A stretch of DNA of 64,000 nt from Macrostomum hystrix (Eukaryota > Animalia > Platyhelminthes). Numbering within the stretch: the first letter of the stretch is position 1; every line of letters starts with the position of its first letter. Positions 35,216 through 47,978 of this stretch are shown here, one piece after another. Below the pieces are notes generated by a model. That model did not search any database, was not told the DNA's origin, and saw only the letters and a program-made list of their open reading frames with translations. The DNA lies in assembly GCA_950097015.1 (NCBI GenBank), contig CATNEN010000008.1:186001-250000 (forward strand), given 5' to 3'. A program made the position numbers and the translations under genes.

Positions 35216-35645
35216 GCAATCTAGATAAGTTGCAGTCGATACGATTGCAATCTAGATAAGTTGCAGTCGATACGATTGCAATCTAGATAAGTTGCAGTCG
35301 ATACGATTGCAATCTAGATAAGATGCAGTCAATACGATTGCAATCTAGCTAAGTTGCAGTCAATACGATTGCAATCTGGATAAGTTTCAGTCGATACGAT
35401 TGCAATCTGGATAAGTTTCAGTCGATACGATTGCAATCCAGATAAGTTTCAGTCGATACGATTGCAATCTGGATAAGTTTCAGTCGATACGATTGCAATC
35501 CAGATAAGTTGCAGTCGATACGATTGCAATCTGGATAAGTTTCAGTCGATACGATTGCAATCTAGATAAGTTTCAGTCGATACGATTGCAATCTAGATAA
35601 GTTTCAGTCGATACGATTGCAATCTAGATCAGTTGCAGTCAATAT
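35216..35645. repeat. 31-bp tandem repeat (~14 copies)
   Basis: Unit GATTGCAATCTAGATAAGTTGCAGTCGATAC. Confidence 0.96.
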
Positions 35646-36319
35646 GATACGTTAGCAGCGGCGAATTAATGGTTTACGATGATCTGTGTGCTATAGGCGA
35701 GCAATTTCTTTATATTTTTTATGGACTGTTTGCCAGTATTTAGAATTATCAACAGGTAATCCTTTTTTGATAGCATACAGAAATTATTGGATAGAAATTT
35801 AATGAGTAATTAAACATATTTTATGACCTTTTGTGCTGGATATTCGAGTGTACACTTTTCATTAGAATCTAGAAATCTACCTTAATTCTTAAAAAATTTT
35901 CTCACAACGGTCATATTTTACTAATCATTTCTTTCTGAATGCATTCCTGAAGTACTACAAGCTAGAATATATCAATAAATGTTATTACATAAAATGTTCT
36001 GTGCGTACTTGAATCGGTTCAATCACTGCACTAAATGGAAGTAGAGTTTAGCACCATTGCGAGCTCTAGCCTAAGATCCCACTAAATGTTACTCTCTCTT
36101 CATCTCTTAATATTTCCGCCCCAGCATTGAGGCTAATATGTTCAAATGTGAGTCATTGTATCCTACCTCTTCTGCTGTTAACACAAGACCTATGATATGA
36201 TAAGACTGTGACAGGTTTACAAGGTTTATACTCTTTGCACTCGCCTGCACCGACACCGCGAACACTTTATAAGTCTGCTTAATGCTTTGCTACAGCCTCA
36301 TCAGAACCATTCTTCCTCA

Positions 36320-36780
36320 ACCTCTCCCTTCCACTCAATCTCTTCCTCCTCCTCCTCTACCTTCCTCAACCACTCCCTTCTTCTCCCTCCCTTCTTCTCC
36401 CTTCCTCTCCCTCCCTTCTTCTCCCTCCCTCTCCCTCCCTGCTTCTCCCTCCCTGCTTCTCCCTCCCTTCTTCTCCCTCCCTCCCTCTCCCTCCCTTCTT
36501 CTCCCTCCCTTCTTCTCTCTCCCTTCTTCTCCCTCCCTTCTTCTCCCTCCCTTCTTCTCTCTTCTTCTCCCTCCATTCTTCTCCCTCCCTCTCCCTCCCT
36601 TCTTCCCCCTCCCTCTCCCTCCCTTATTCTCCCTCCCTCTCCCTCCCTTCTTCCCCCTCCCTCTCCCTCCCTTATTCTCCCTCCCTCTCCCTCCCTTCTT
36701 CTCCCTCCCTCCCTCTCCCTCCCTTCTTCTCCCTCTCTTCTTCTCCCTACATTCCTCTCTCTCTTCCTTCCACTCTAGTT
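36320..36780. repeat. Polypyrimidine CT-rich low-complexity repeat
   Basis: (CTTCTCCCTCC)-like units. Confidence 0.9.
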
Positions 36781-37267
36781 TTTTTCGCCCTCTCTCCCTG
36801 TCCTCCTATCGTCCCGTCCTACATACTCGTATTTTCCTTCCCATTTCCTTTCTTCCATAATTCTATCGCGTTCGCTTCTTGATTGCCTCATCAGAATTTA
36901 CGATTCTCAATCCTTCATCGCCTGTGTCTCTTTCAACCTTTGACTCTTCAGCTCTGATCGCACGGTCGAAAAATCTCGTCTAGTTGTGAAATGCCTGTCA
37001 CTTTCACGGCCAGGGCTTTCTCCTTCAATAATCCTCAATCCGATTTCTCCCTTTTACACTTAGACTAGTCCGCTACTACTCACGTCCTCAAGAAACTCTT
37101 CCCTATTCAATTTCTCGAATCCCCAATGACCCATTTACCTTCCGAAGTGTTTTATTCGCAAATACATTTCTCAGACAGTCTATCGCAAAATGATCTATAT
37201 TATTTTAAGTCGCTCACCTTGACGGCTGACTGACAGAGAGAAGTGGAGATGCAGAGTAGGAGGAGAA

Positions 37268-37925
37268 GGAGAAGGAGGCGAGATAGTGGAGTAGACTAGA
37301 GACAGATGGAGAGAAGGAGGTGAGATAGTGGAGTAGACTAGAGAGAGATGGAGAGAAGGAGGTGAGATAGTGGAGTAGACGCGATAGAAATGAAGAGAAG
37401 GAGGGGAGATAGTGGAGTAGACTAGAGAGAGATGGAGAGAAGGAGGTGAGATAGTGGAGTAGACGCGATAGAAATGGAGAGAAGGAGGGGAGATAGTGGA
37501 GTAGACTAGAGAGAGATGGAGAGAAGGAGGTGAGATAGTGGAGTAGACGCGATAGAAATGGAGAGAAGGAGGGGAGATAGTGGAGTAGACTAGAGAGATG
37601 GAGAGAAGGAGGCGAGATAGTGGAGTAGACTAGAGAGAGATGGAGAGAAGTAGGTGATAGTGGAGTAGACTAGAGAGAGATGGAGAGAAGGAGGTGAGAT
37701 AGTGGAGTAGACTAGAGAGGATGGAGAGAAGGAGGGGAGATAGTGGAGTAGACTAGAGAGAGATGGAGAGAAGGAGGCGAGATAGTGGAGTAGACTAGAG
37801 AGAGACGGAGAGATGGAGGGGAGATAGTGGAGTAGACTAGAGAGAGACGGAGAGAAGGAGGGGAGATAGTGGAGTAGACACGAGAGAGACGGAGAGAAGG
37901 AGGGGCGATAGTGGAGTAGACGAGA
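37268..37925. repeat. ~42-bp purine-rich tandem repeat (~16 copies)
   Basis: Unit GGAGAGAAGGAGGTGAGATAGTGGAGTAGACTAGAGAGAGAT. Confidence 0.93.
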
Positions 37926-38464
37926 GAGACGCATACCACCGCAGCTACATAGGCTGAGTAAGTATGTATTAAAGGCCGAGTGTTTAGTGATTCAATGGAG
38001 GCGGAGTCTGCTCAGATAAGCATCGGGTAATGGAATGAGCAGAAAGTGAGTGTAGAGGAGTCAATTCAGGATAGGAAGGCAATTTTGTCGGAGAAAAAAA
38101 CGGCACGAGTCGTGTCAAGCATAGGGCTGATCTACCATGGCATGGCACAATGGGCATAGGAGACAGTGAGCACACAGTTCTATAAAAGCTGCTATACTCA
38201 GCTGCCGGATGGCTTGCGGCAAAAGCTGGCATGCTGAAGAGGGAATGGAGGATCGTTAGCTGTTTGCCAAGAGAAGATCCCCCTAGTTTAGCTCTCACAG
38301 CCAACTCATTGATCCAGTACTAGATTAGAAATTACCCATATATATGCGTTCAATTAGGCCATTTTTTGTTTTAAAAGTGCGCTTATCGCTTCCTCTCCGT
38401 CTGTTTCTCGCTCTCTCTTTCTCTCTCCTGCTTCTATAGCTGATAATGTTGCTAGCTGAGTGAG

Positions 38465-39310
38465 TATGGAAGGGTAGACGGAGTGGGAATAGGGTAGTGG
38501 GAGTGGGAATGGGGTAGGAGGGGTGGGAATGGGGTAGGAGGGGTGGGAATGGGGAAGAGGGAGTGGGAATGGGGAAGAGGGAGTGGTAATGGAGGTAGAG
38601 GGAGTGGTAATGGAGGTAACGGGAGTGGGAATGGGTAGAGGGATTAAGAATGGAGGTAGAGGGAGGGGTGGGAATGGGGAAGAGGGAGTGGGAATGGAGG
38701 TAGAGGGAGTGGGAATGGAGGTAGAGGGAGTGGTAATGGAGGTAGAGGCAGTGGGAATGGGGTAGAGGAAGTGGTAATGGAGGTAGAGGCAGTGGGAATG
38801 GAGGTAGAGGGAGTGATAAAGGAGGTGGAGGGAGTGGGAATGGGGTAGAGGGATTAAGAATGGAGGTAGAGGGAGTGGGGGAATGGGGTTAAGGAGTGGT
38901 AATGGAGGTAGAGGGAGTGGGAATGGGGTAGAGGGAGTTGGAATGGAGTAGAGGGAGTGGTAATGAAGGTAGAGGCAGTGGGAATGGGGTAGAGGAAGTG
39001 GTAATGAAAGTAGAGGGAGTGGTAATGGAGGTAGAGGCAGTGGGAATGGGGTAGAGGAAGTGGTAATGGAAGTAGAGGGAGTGGTAATGGAGGTAGAGGC
39101 AGTGGGAATGGGGTAGAGGAAGTGGTAATGGAAGTAGAGGGAGTGGTAATGGAGGTAGAGGCAGTGGGAATGGGGTAGAGGAAGTGGTAATGGAGGTAGA
39201 GGCAGTGGGAATGGGGTAGAGGAAGTGGTAATGGAGGTAGAGGCAGTGGGAATGGAGGTAGAGGGAGTGATAAAGGAGGTGGAGGGAGTGGGAATGGGGT
39301 AGAGGAAGGA
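38465..39310. repeat. ~21-bp G-rich minisatellite
   Basis: Unit ~GGAGGTAGAGGGAGTGGGAAT; reverse complement of the 44200-45165 array. Confidence 0.92.
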
Positions 39311-39889
39311 GGCTGGATCATAGTTGAAGGCAAGCGTGCTGAAGGAGCGATGGGTAGAAAGCCGAAAGCCTTCTAGTGGTGGAGAATTCAGGCCTGCAAG
39401 TTGGTTTCAAGTTTCTTTGCTTTCCGCGGAAAAAATGCAATTTCAACTGACAATTGTTGCTTCGTTTCTTAATTTGGCTGCTGCCTCCATCATGCTGTGT
39501 CTGATTTCCAGCTTCTGCTTTATTCTGTTTCTGATTTTGTAACAATATCCCGGGCTCCTAAATCACATCACAAAATGCTAATGTGCTATTTCTATCATTT
39601 TTCCATACTCCTGTTCTCCTCGTTGTTAGCGCTTCGTATCTTTTATTCAGAATGAATTTCTGGCCGATATTAAAATTTGCTTTCTTTGTGATTTATAAAT
39701 AGTTTTCTTTCTAACTGACACTTCCAACTACTGGCTAAGTAGCAAGTAACGTAAATTTTACCTGGGTGAATAAATTTGTGGTTTTTATTCTAATTTTGGA
39801 GATAGGGAAATGAAGACGGAGATATGTAGGGCTGAGAGTATGAGAAGTTGATAAGAGCGGGGGAAACCAGTAGAGAGGGAGTGAAAGAA

Positions 39890-40210
39890 CTTAGGAGAGT
39901 AGAGACGGAGAGGGAGAGTAGAGTGGGTGTGTGAGATGGAGAGTACAGTAGGAGGGAGTGAGAGCAGAGTGGAGGAGAAGGAGAGGCAGAGAGGGAGAGG
40001 GAGAGAGAGGTAGAAAGGATAGATTAAGAGATAGAGACGGAGAGAAGGTGAGGTAGAGATGGAGGGAGAGAAGGAGAGGGGTAGAGGGAGGGAGAGAAGG
40101 CGAGGTAGAGAGGGAGGGAGAGAGGAGGAGAGGTAGAGAGGGAGAGAAGGAGAGGTAGAGAGGGAGGGGGAGAAGGAGAGAATGTGATGTAGAGAGGTAT
40201 TGAGAGAGTG
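39890..40210. repeat. GA-rich low-complexity tract
   Basis: AGAGGGAGAG-type degenerate repeats. Confidence 0.8.
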
Positions 40211-41324
40211 TATTGAGGGCGATAATGAGAGTTGAGAATTAGACGGGAGCGATCCAGAGTTGATAGAGAGATGCATTAAGAAAATGGCAAACGAAAGCGA
40301 AACGTTTAAAAGCCTTTCCCCAACTAGAAATTGGCAGTTTTCCGTGAAAAAAAGTGAGTTAGATTTTTAAATCCCAGAAAATTGTTGAAGCAAACCTTAA
40401 TTTTTGCGAGTTGCGTTAAAATCAGACAGGGCACTATTGACCCCACAGATCAAGTTAATGATTGCAAACAGCTAATATTGGACCTCATATTTAAATGGTA
40501 ATTATATACCTGATATCGATGCTCAAAATGTTGCGTTCAGGAATCCCTTTAGGGTGGGGCAAACACGCAAGCGCAAACCGCATAGAAGTTTTTGCGTAAC
40601 AAGTCGAGCTGGCTCAATTTTCAGTTGCGTCACAACCTATACAGCCAATAAGCATCGGAATTTGTGAAAAACTCAAACTTTTCCTGTACTGATCTGTCTG
40701 CCGTGTATACTGCATATGACGCAATGTGGCAGCTGAATGAGTGATGCAAGACTTTGCGCAGATTCTGCCAACTCCTGGACTGTGATCGATTGGTGATGAT
40801 GAAGCTGGGTTGATGAGAAAGCACAATGACCATCTAGTTTCGCGCGCTCCCTTTCAAAGAGAGAGATTTATGTTCCGTCTCATTGTTACAAACGATGGTA
40901 ATAAGTTTTGGATGGATATTTTCGGGCCACGGGGTCTATACTCGTAAATGGTGCATGGGACAGCCGCACACTGATCCCAGTTACAGATCTCCGGGTCTGT
41001 TTACATGTGTGCGTGTGCGTGTGTGTGTGTGTGCGTGTGTGTGCACAAGATTGATGGCCTCACTGACCAGTGGAACACACAATACCGCAAGGTAAAGCAG
41101 CTGCTATTTCCATTGACTTTGTCGGCGCGTCAAAGTCAGCAGCAAATCTCTATGCCTGTGCCCACCCTCTCTAGGTAATGCGATTCTCTCTTTTTTGTAA
41201 AGTTAAGAAACTTTTGTCAGCCAAATATTTTCATTCGATAGCAATCGGTGACCCATCGATTGATTTGAAATCAAAATGAATCAAAAGAGTGACCTAGTAC
41301 GACGTAATTAATTTCGGATCGGAA

Positions 41325-42178
41325 GAGTGACCCATCGATAGATCTGGGTTCTGAAGAGTGACCCATCGATAGATCTGGGTTCTGAAGAGTGACCCATCGA
41401 TAGATCTGGGTTCTGAAGAGTGACCCATCGCTAGATCTAGGTTCTGAAGAGTGACCCATCGATAGATCTGGGTTCTGAAGAGTGACCCATCGATAGATCT
41501 GGGTTCTGAAGAGTGACCCATCGATAGATCTGGGTTCTGAAGAGTGACCCATCGATAGATCTGGGTTCTGAAGAGTGACCCATCGATAGATCTGGGTTCT
41601 GAAGAGTGACCCATCGATAGATCTGGGTCCTGAAGAGTGACCCATCGATTGATCTGGGTCCTGAAGAGTGACCCATCGATTGATCTGGGTTCTGAAGAGT
41701 GACCCATCGATTGATCTGGGTTCTGAAGAGTGACCCATCGATTGATCTGGGTTCTGAAGAGTGACCCATCGATTGATCTGGGTTCTGAAGAGTGACCCAT
41801 CGATTGATCTGGGTCCTGAAGAGTGACCCATCGATAGATCCGGGTTCTGAAGAGTGACCCATCGATAGATCCGGGTTCTGAAGAGTGACCCATCGATAGA
41901 TCCGGGTTCTGAAGAGTGACCCATCGCTAGATCTGGGTTCTGAAGAGTGACCCATCGATAGATCTGGGTTCTGAAGAGTGACCCATCGATAGATCCGGGT
42001 TCTGAAGAGTGACCCATCGATAGATCTGGGTTCTGAAGAGTGACCCATCGAAAGATCTGGGTTCTGAAGAGTGACCCATCGATTGATCTGGGTCCTGAAG
42101 AGTGACCCATCGATAGATCTGGGTTCTGAAGAGTGACCCATCGATAGATCCGGGTTCTGAAGAGTGACCCATCGATCG
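41325..42178. repeat. 31-bp tandem repeat (~27 copies)
   Basis: Unit GATAGATCTGGGTTCTGAAGAGTGACCCATC; the 31-aa ORF periodicity equals 3 units. Confidence 0.97.
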
Positions 42179-44199
42179 ATTGGTTGCCAGAAGCTGTACT
42201 ATCAGTGAATCTCAGATCAAAGCGTCACACACAAAGAAGATCAGAAAGTTCAGAAGTAGCCAGTTAAACGCAAACGCAGCTTTCTCTGTCTTTGGCTTTC
42301 TTCCTGGCTCCATCACAGAACTGGATATTTGACGAATTGAAAAGTGAATGCAGTGAATTAGCAGCTATACTCAATAGATCGATCACCCGGCAAAGAACAG
42401 GCAGAGAGGTGGAATGCTTCGCTGCTATATTAGTTGCTATGCGTCAAGCGGCTTTTAGCTGAATAAAAGAGCAATGCCATTCGCAACCTCTTCGGCTAAT
42501 CTATGTCGCATCGAAAATCCGTTCGAATTTAAGCTTCTTGTATTTTCAGTCCAAACTTCAGTGCAGAATGTTGCTTGAAAAAAAGGAAGACAAATGAGAA
42601 GAATTCATGGGTCCTAAATGCAGGAGGAGCACATCTTTATACACTGTCGCGGTCTTGCAGGCATTGTCGGCCTCTTAAAAAGGCAGTCCAGCACCCGTCT
42701 GAGGATAAGGATTGATTGCTAACAGGCACCGCTTGTGTCCTGTCGGCCTCTAATATCTCATTGGGATAAGGGCGGCAACTTCAATCCCCCATCACCAATG
42801 TGTGCCGCCTGTCAACCGACGGTAAAATTTGGAACCCGGATAGATCGCTTAAGACTGTGAGAGAGAATGAGGGACAGACACTTATAGTAAAAGTGAGAGT
42901 TGAATTTTTGATGGGTTAGTTATTCTATATTACCTGCGACTTTTAGCTAGACGCGGAGAAATATAAGAGAGGGGTTTGGCGCAAAACAGAAGCTGCGGGA
43001 GCGCAGATCAGGAGCTGCGATCTGCATGGGATCTGCTTGCGGATGTTGAAGAGAAAGAGCCAGTGCACGGCTAGAAGAGGGCCGCCGGAGACTTATTAGA
43101 AAACAAGAAATAAGAAAAAGAAGAAACGAACCAGGAGCCGCCGCCCCAGTAGCTGCCCTCAGCTCCCAGCTCCTCGGGTGATGGATGAGCCCGCCGAGTG
43201 ACTGATCGCCGCCTGCCCGGCTTTGAACGTGTCACCAAGGGCCCTGGGAGATGGGAGAAATCAGGGTTCAGGGGAGAGAGAGAAAGGAGAGGGGTTGGAT
43301 GAGAGGAAGCGCGCGAGCGAGCGAAAATTAGGCAACGAAGAGGTTTGCAAAGATTGCCAAAAAAACTAGAAGAAGTTATCCCCTAAATCAAAAAAGACTT
43401 TCCTCTCCGGCTTCTGGGGTTATTTTCCAAGAAAAACTTTCGTTTTCGTTGGATATAATCCGTCAATTCACTGCAGGCTAAGTAGGTCGGCCTGGCAAGT
43501 GTGAATTTCGACTCAAAGTTTTAATTTTTCACTTGACGCGTCATAGGGGCGACCTTTTAATTAATTCCGGGTTTCTGTCACGCTAAAGCTCTGCTGGTGC
43601 CTGGGACCGGTATAAACCGAATAATTAAAACTGCTTCAACAAAAACTGATGCTGCATGCGATTTTGGGAGGGGGAATTTAGCAAACAGACGCCGGTCAAG
43701 CAGAGGGTCGGGCATGAAATCTCCCCTTTTTTCTCTGTGAGCTGACGTTACTGTTGTTGACACTTTTTAGGCTGTGACCCTACCGATAGATATTTATGTG
43801 GGATCAGAGATTCATACAGGATGCGGGAGAGTCAAAGTGACATTTCAGCAAAGATCTGACTTTACGCAGCCTCAAACAATGGAATTATCCATTGTTTGTC
43901 CCTTGGGAACTCGCTGCTAAATTGTCAACCTGACATGCAGGACACACACGATGACTGTGACCAGTCCCAGACACAACAGCCATTTGACAAACTAACGAAT
44001 ATTTTTGAGACTAAAAACCAAACACGAAAGTTTCTAAAAATATGCTACCCCATCGATATTTTCAAATGGCACAGTTTTATAACACTGGCACCAATTTGAA
44101 GGATACAAACAATAATGCAACAGCGAGGCCGTTTAATTAACGTTAAGCAAATATCAATACAAAATATAGAAAAATAGCTAACGCTTTCGTATATTCCTA

Positions 44200-45165
44200 A
44201 CTCCATTCCCACTCCCTCTATCTCCATTCCCACTCCCTCTATCGCCATTCCCACTCCCTCTACTCCATTTCTACTCCCTCTACTCCATTTCTACTCCCTC
44301 TACTCCATTTCCACTCCCTCTACTCCATTTCCACTCCCTCTACTCCATTTCCACTCCCTCTACTCCATTTCCACTCCCTCTACTCCATTTCTACTCCCTC
44401 TACTCCATTTCTACTCCCTCTACTCCATTTCTACTCCCTCTACTCCATTTCCACTCCCTCTACTCCATTTCCACTCCCTCTACTCCATTTCTACTCCCTC
44501 TACTCCATTTCCACTCCCTCTACTCCATTTCCACTCCCTCTACTCCATTTCCACTCCCTCTACTCCATTTCCACTCCCTCTATCTCTATTCCCACTCCCT
44601 CTATCACCATTCCCAATCCCTCTATCACCATTCCCACTCCCTCTATCTCTATTCCCACTCCCTCTATCATCATTCCCACTCCCTCTATCTCTATTCCCAC
44701 TCCCTCTATCACCATTCCCAATCCCTCTATCACCATTCCCACTCCCTCTATCACCATTCCCAATCCCTCTATCTCTATTCCCACTCCCTCTATCACCATT
44801 CCCAATCCCTCTATCACCATTCCCACTCCCTCTATCACCATTCCCAATCCCTCTATCACCATTCCCAATCCCTCTATCTCTATTCCCACTCCCTCTATCA
44901 CCATTCCCAATCCCTCTATCACCATTCCCACTCCCTCTACTCCATTTCTACTCCCTCTACTCCATTTCCACTCCCTCTACTCCATTCCCACTCTCTCTAC
45001 TCCATTTCTACTCCCTCTACTCCATTTCTACTCACTCTACTCCATTTCCACTCCCTCTACTCCATTCCCACTCTCTACTCCATTTCTACTCCCTCTACTC
45101 CATTTCTACTCCCTCTACCCCATTCCCACTCCCTCTACCCCATTCCCACTCCCTCTATCTCCCTC
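44200..45165. repeat. ~21-bp C-rich minisatellite
   Basis: Unit ~CTCCATTCCCACTCCCTCTA(C/T); inverse orientation of 38465-39310. Confidence 0.93.
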
Positions 45166-45852
45166 TACCAATTTATGAATTATTAGGAAAATAAGCCACA
45201 ATAATTAAACAAAGTTTAACTTCGCGAATCACGCTGGCAAAATGTCTGAGTTTATTGTTCAGTCTAACAACTGCGTATTTCGCACAGTTTCTATGAACAA
45301 TAATAGAAATGGCATTTCTCGTACAATATGTGCAATTCTCACAAACAACATACACGCCTCAGACCAATGAGTAGAACATTTTTTGATAACTTTTTTCATC
45401 GATAGCGATAATATAAATGGGAATTTTCAAATTTATATCTACATAATTGAAGAAGCTGAATAGAATATGCAGAATTGAATGAAAAATGTGATTGTTAAAC
45501 ATTATTTTCGATTTGTTATGATTTGCGATTCGATGTTCAGAACATTTGATAATTTGTTTACACGTCAATTAAATTAGGTTGTGTGGCTTAAGCATTAAGT
45601 TTGAGTAGAACGTCGAGCAAAATATATATATATATATATTTGTAAATATCATTTGTTTTAATTCGCACGAAAATCTACTAAGGAAGGACTTTTAAAATAC
45701 ACTACATATATTGTTGATTCATTAATGCAAAGTATCCGACGTAGCTCGTATCTAGAGATGATTCCAGTTTGACATTCAAAAAATGATGCAAGTAAACATG
45801 TGATTATAGCTCGTACAACAGATTGGGTGCATAATTATCGTCAGTTTAAACT

Positions 45853-46291
45853 TCAAGACGAAGCCACTAGCTGTTGCAGCTTCTCCTCCGAGCAGTCGCT
45901 GAGCTGTTCGGCTGTTGCGGCCGACTGCAACTGCAGGCCGCTCTTCATCAGGAAGCTGGACTCCTTCTGGCGCTTCTTCTGCTTCATGCGCCTGTTCTGG
46001 AACCAGATCTTCACCTGGGTCTCGTTCAGCGCCAAACTGCTGGCTATCTCTATTCGGCGTGCCCTGGTCAGGTACTTGTTGAAGTGGAACTCCTTCTCAA
46101 GCTCCGTCAGCTGCTTGTTGGTGAAGTTGGTCCGTCCGTTGCCCGGCACCATCAGGCAGCTCGGCGGAGAAGTCTGCTGGCCGTCTAGCGACATCGGGTG
46201 GCAATGCAGGACAGGTGGCTGCTGCTGTTGCTGCTGCAGTTGAAGCTGCAGTTGCTGCTGCTGCTGCTGTTGCTGTTGCAGTTGAAGCTGC

Positions 46292-46323
<32 letters not shown>

Positions 46324-47927
46324 CTGTTGCTTCTTGCTCTCTGTTAAAGTAAAACAAGATTAACAATTTTCTGACGCAGAAACAACGCCACGACAAGTCT
46401 CGCTCACCAAGAAACCGCCGCATTTTTTGTTTAAGTAAACTGAAACTTGTAAGTGAATCCAGAAAATCTTTACTGGTTTGGCTACCGCTATTAGCAGGCT
46501 TAACCAAATTGTCAAAAATGGCGAGTGGATCATCGATCAAGGCTGGCCCTCGCTGGCGGTGTTACACTTTCGCTTTTTCCTTTGTGCCTTGCTGACTGCC
46601 CGGCTTATGTTTGATGTCGCCACCTTGACTCCGACTGTGTTTACACTCTCCGCGGGGTCCCCACCTGGCTGAGCCCCTATTTCGTTAGTTGCTAGGCGGG
46701 GGGTCGCGTTGGTTTGCGAGTTGACGCAATTTTATATTTACACCGGGTTTAAACAAAGATGAGAAGCACAGTTGACAATTTGTTAACTTCCTAAAGGTGG
46801 GTGTCCACTTTCCCTGCAATCGCTTGTATCCGCGCGCCCTACAGGAAAACTGATTTTTTTTCAGAATCTTAAACTAAAAAGAGGGAAAGGTTCGTAAACA
46901 ACCAAGCGGCGTTGTCAGTGCTTTGGCAGCTGACGAAGGCAATGAATGGCATATAGGCACAGCCAACAAGCACAGTTCTCTTGGCAACAGAAGGGAGATA
47001 TCATTGTTTGAACGGGAGAGAACGAAAGAGAATGGGAGAGAACGAAAGAGAACGGGAGAGAGGGAGAGAGAGAGAGCGGGAGAAAGGAAAGAGAACGAAA
47101 GAGAACGAGAGAGAACGGGAGAGAACGGGAGAGAACGGGAGCGAGAGAGAACGGAAGAGAACGGGAGCGAGAGAGAACGGGAGAGAGAGAGAACGGGAGC
47201 GAGAGAGAACGGGAGCGAGAGAGAACGGGAGCGAGAGAGAACGGGAGAGAGAGAGAACGGGAGCGAGAGAGAACGGGAGAGAGAGAGCGGGAGAAAGGAA
47301 AGAGAACGAAAGAGAACGAGAGAGAACGGGAGAGAACGGGAGAGAACGGGAGCGAGAGAGAACGGAAGAGAACGGGAGCGAGAGAGAACGGGAGCGAGAG
47401 AGAACGTGAGCGAGAGAGAACGGAAGAGAACGGGAGCGAGAGAGAACGGGAGCGAGAGAGAACGTGAGCGAGAGAGAACGGAAGAGAACGGGAGCGAGAG
47501 AGAACGGGAGCGAGAGAGAACGGGAGCGAGAGAGAACGGGAGAGAGAGAGAACGGGAGAGAGAGAGAACGGGAGCGAGAGAGAACGGGAGCGGGAGAGAA
47601 CGGGAGAGAACGGGAGAGAATTTTTCGAACAGGGATTCGATAAATTGTTGGTCCTATAGCATTGGTTCTACTTCTATCACCAATTTAGTCTAATTAGTCG
47701 TATTAGTCTAAAAATATTTTTCTACCTATAAACGAAAGATAATTTGACAGATTAGCATAAAACAAGATCAGATAAATAATGAGTAGTGAAGTTTCAAAAC
47801 TTGCAAACCGAATTATAGTTACATTTGCTTGAGCACATCGTGAGACCTCGAATATTTTGCATTTTTATGTAAACTTTTGGATGCCAGATATTTCTAGACT
47901 TTAAATTGTTGTTTACTATGTGTTTGT

Positions 47928-47978
<51 letters not shown>

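Noticed and set aside
41325-42178. CRISPR-like array (31-bp partly palindromic unit); same thought for 253-660 and 2281-2836
   Set aside because: Units are head-to-tail with no unique spacers, there are no cas genes, and the context is eukaryotic.
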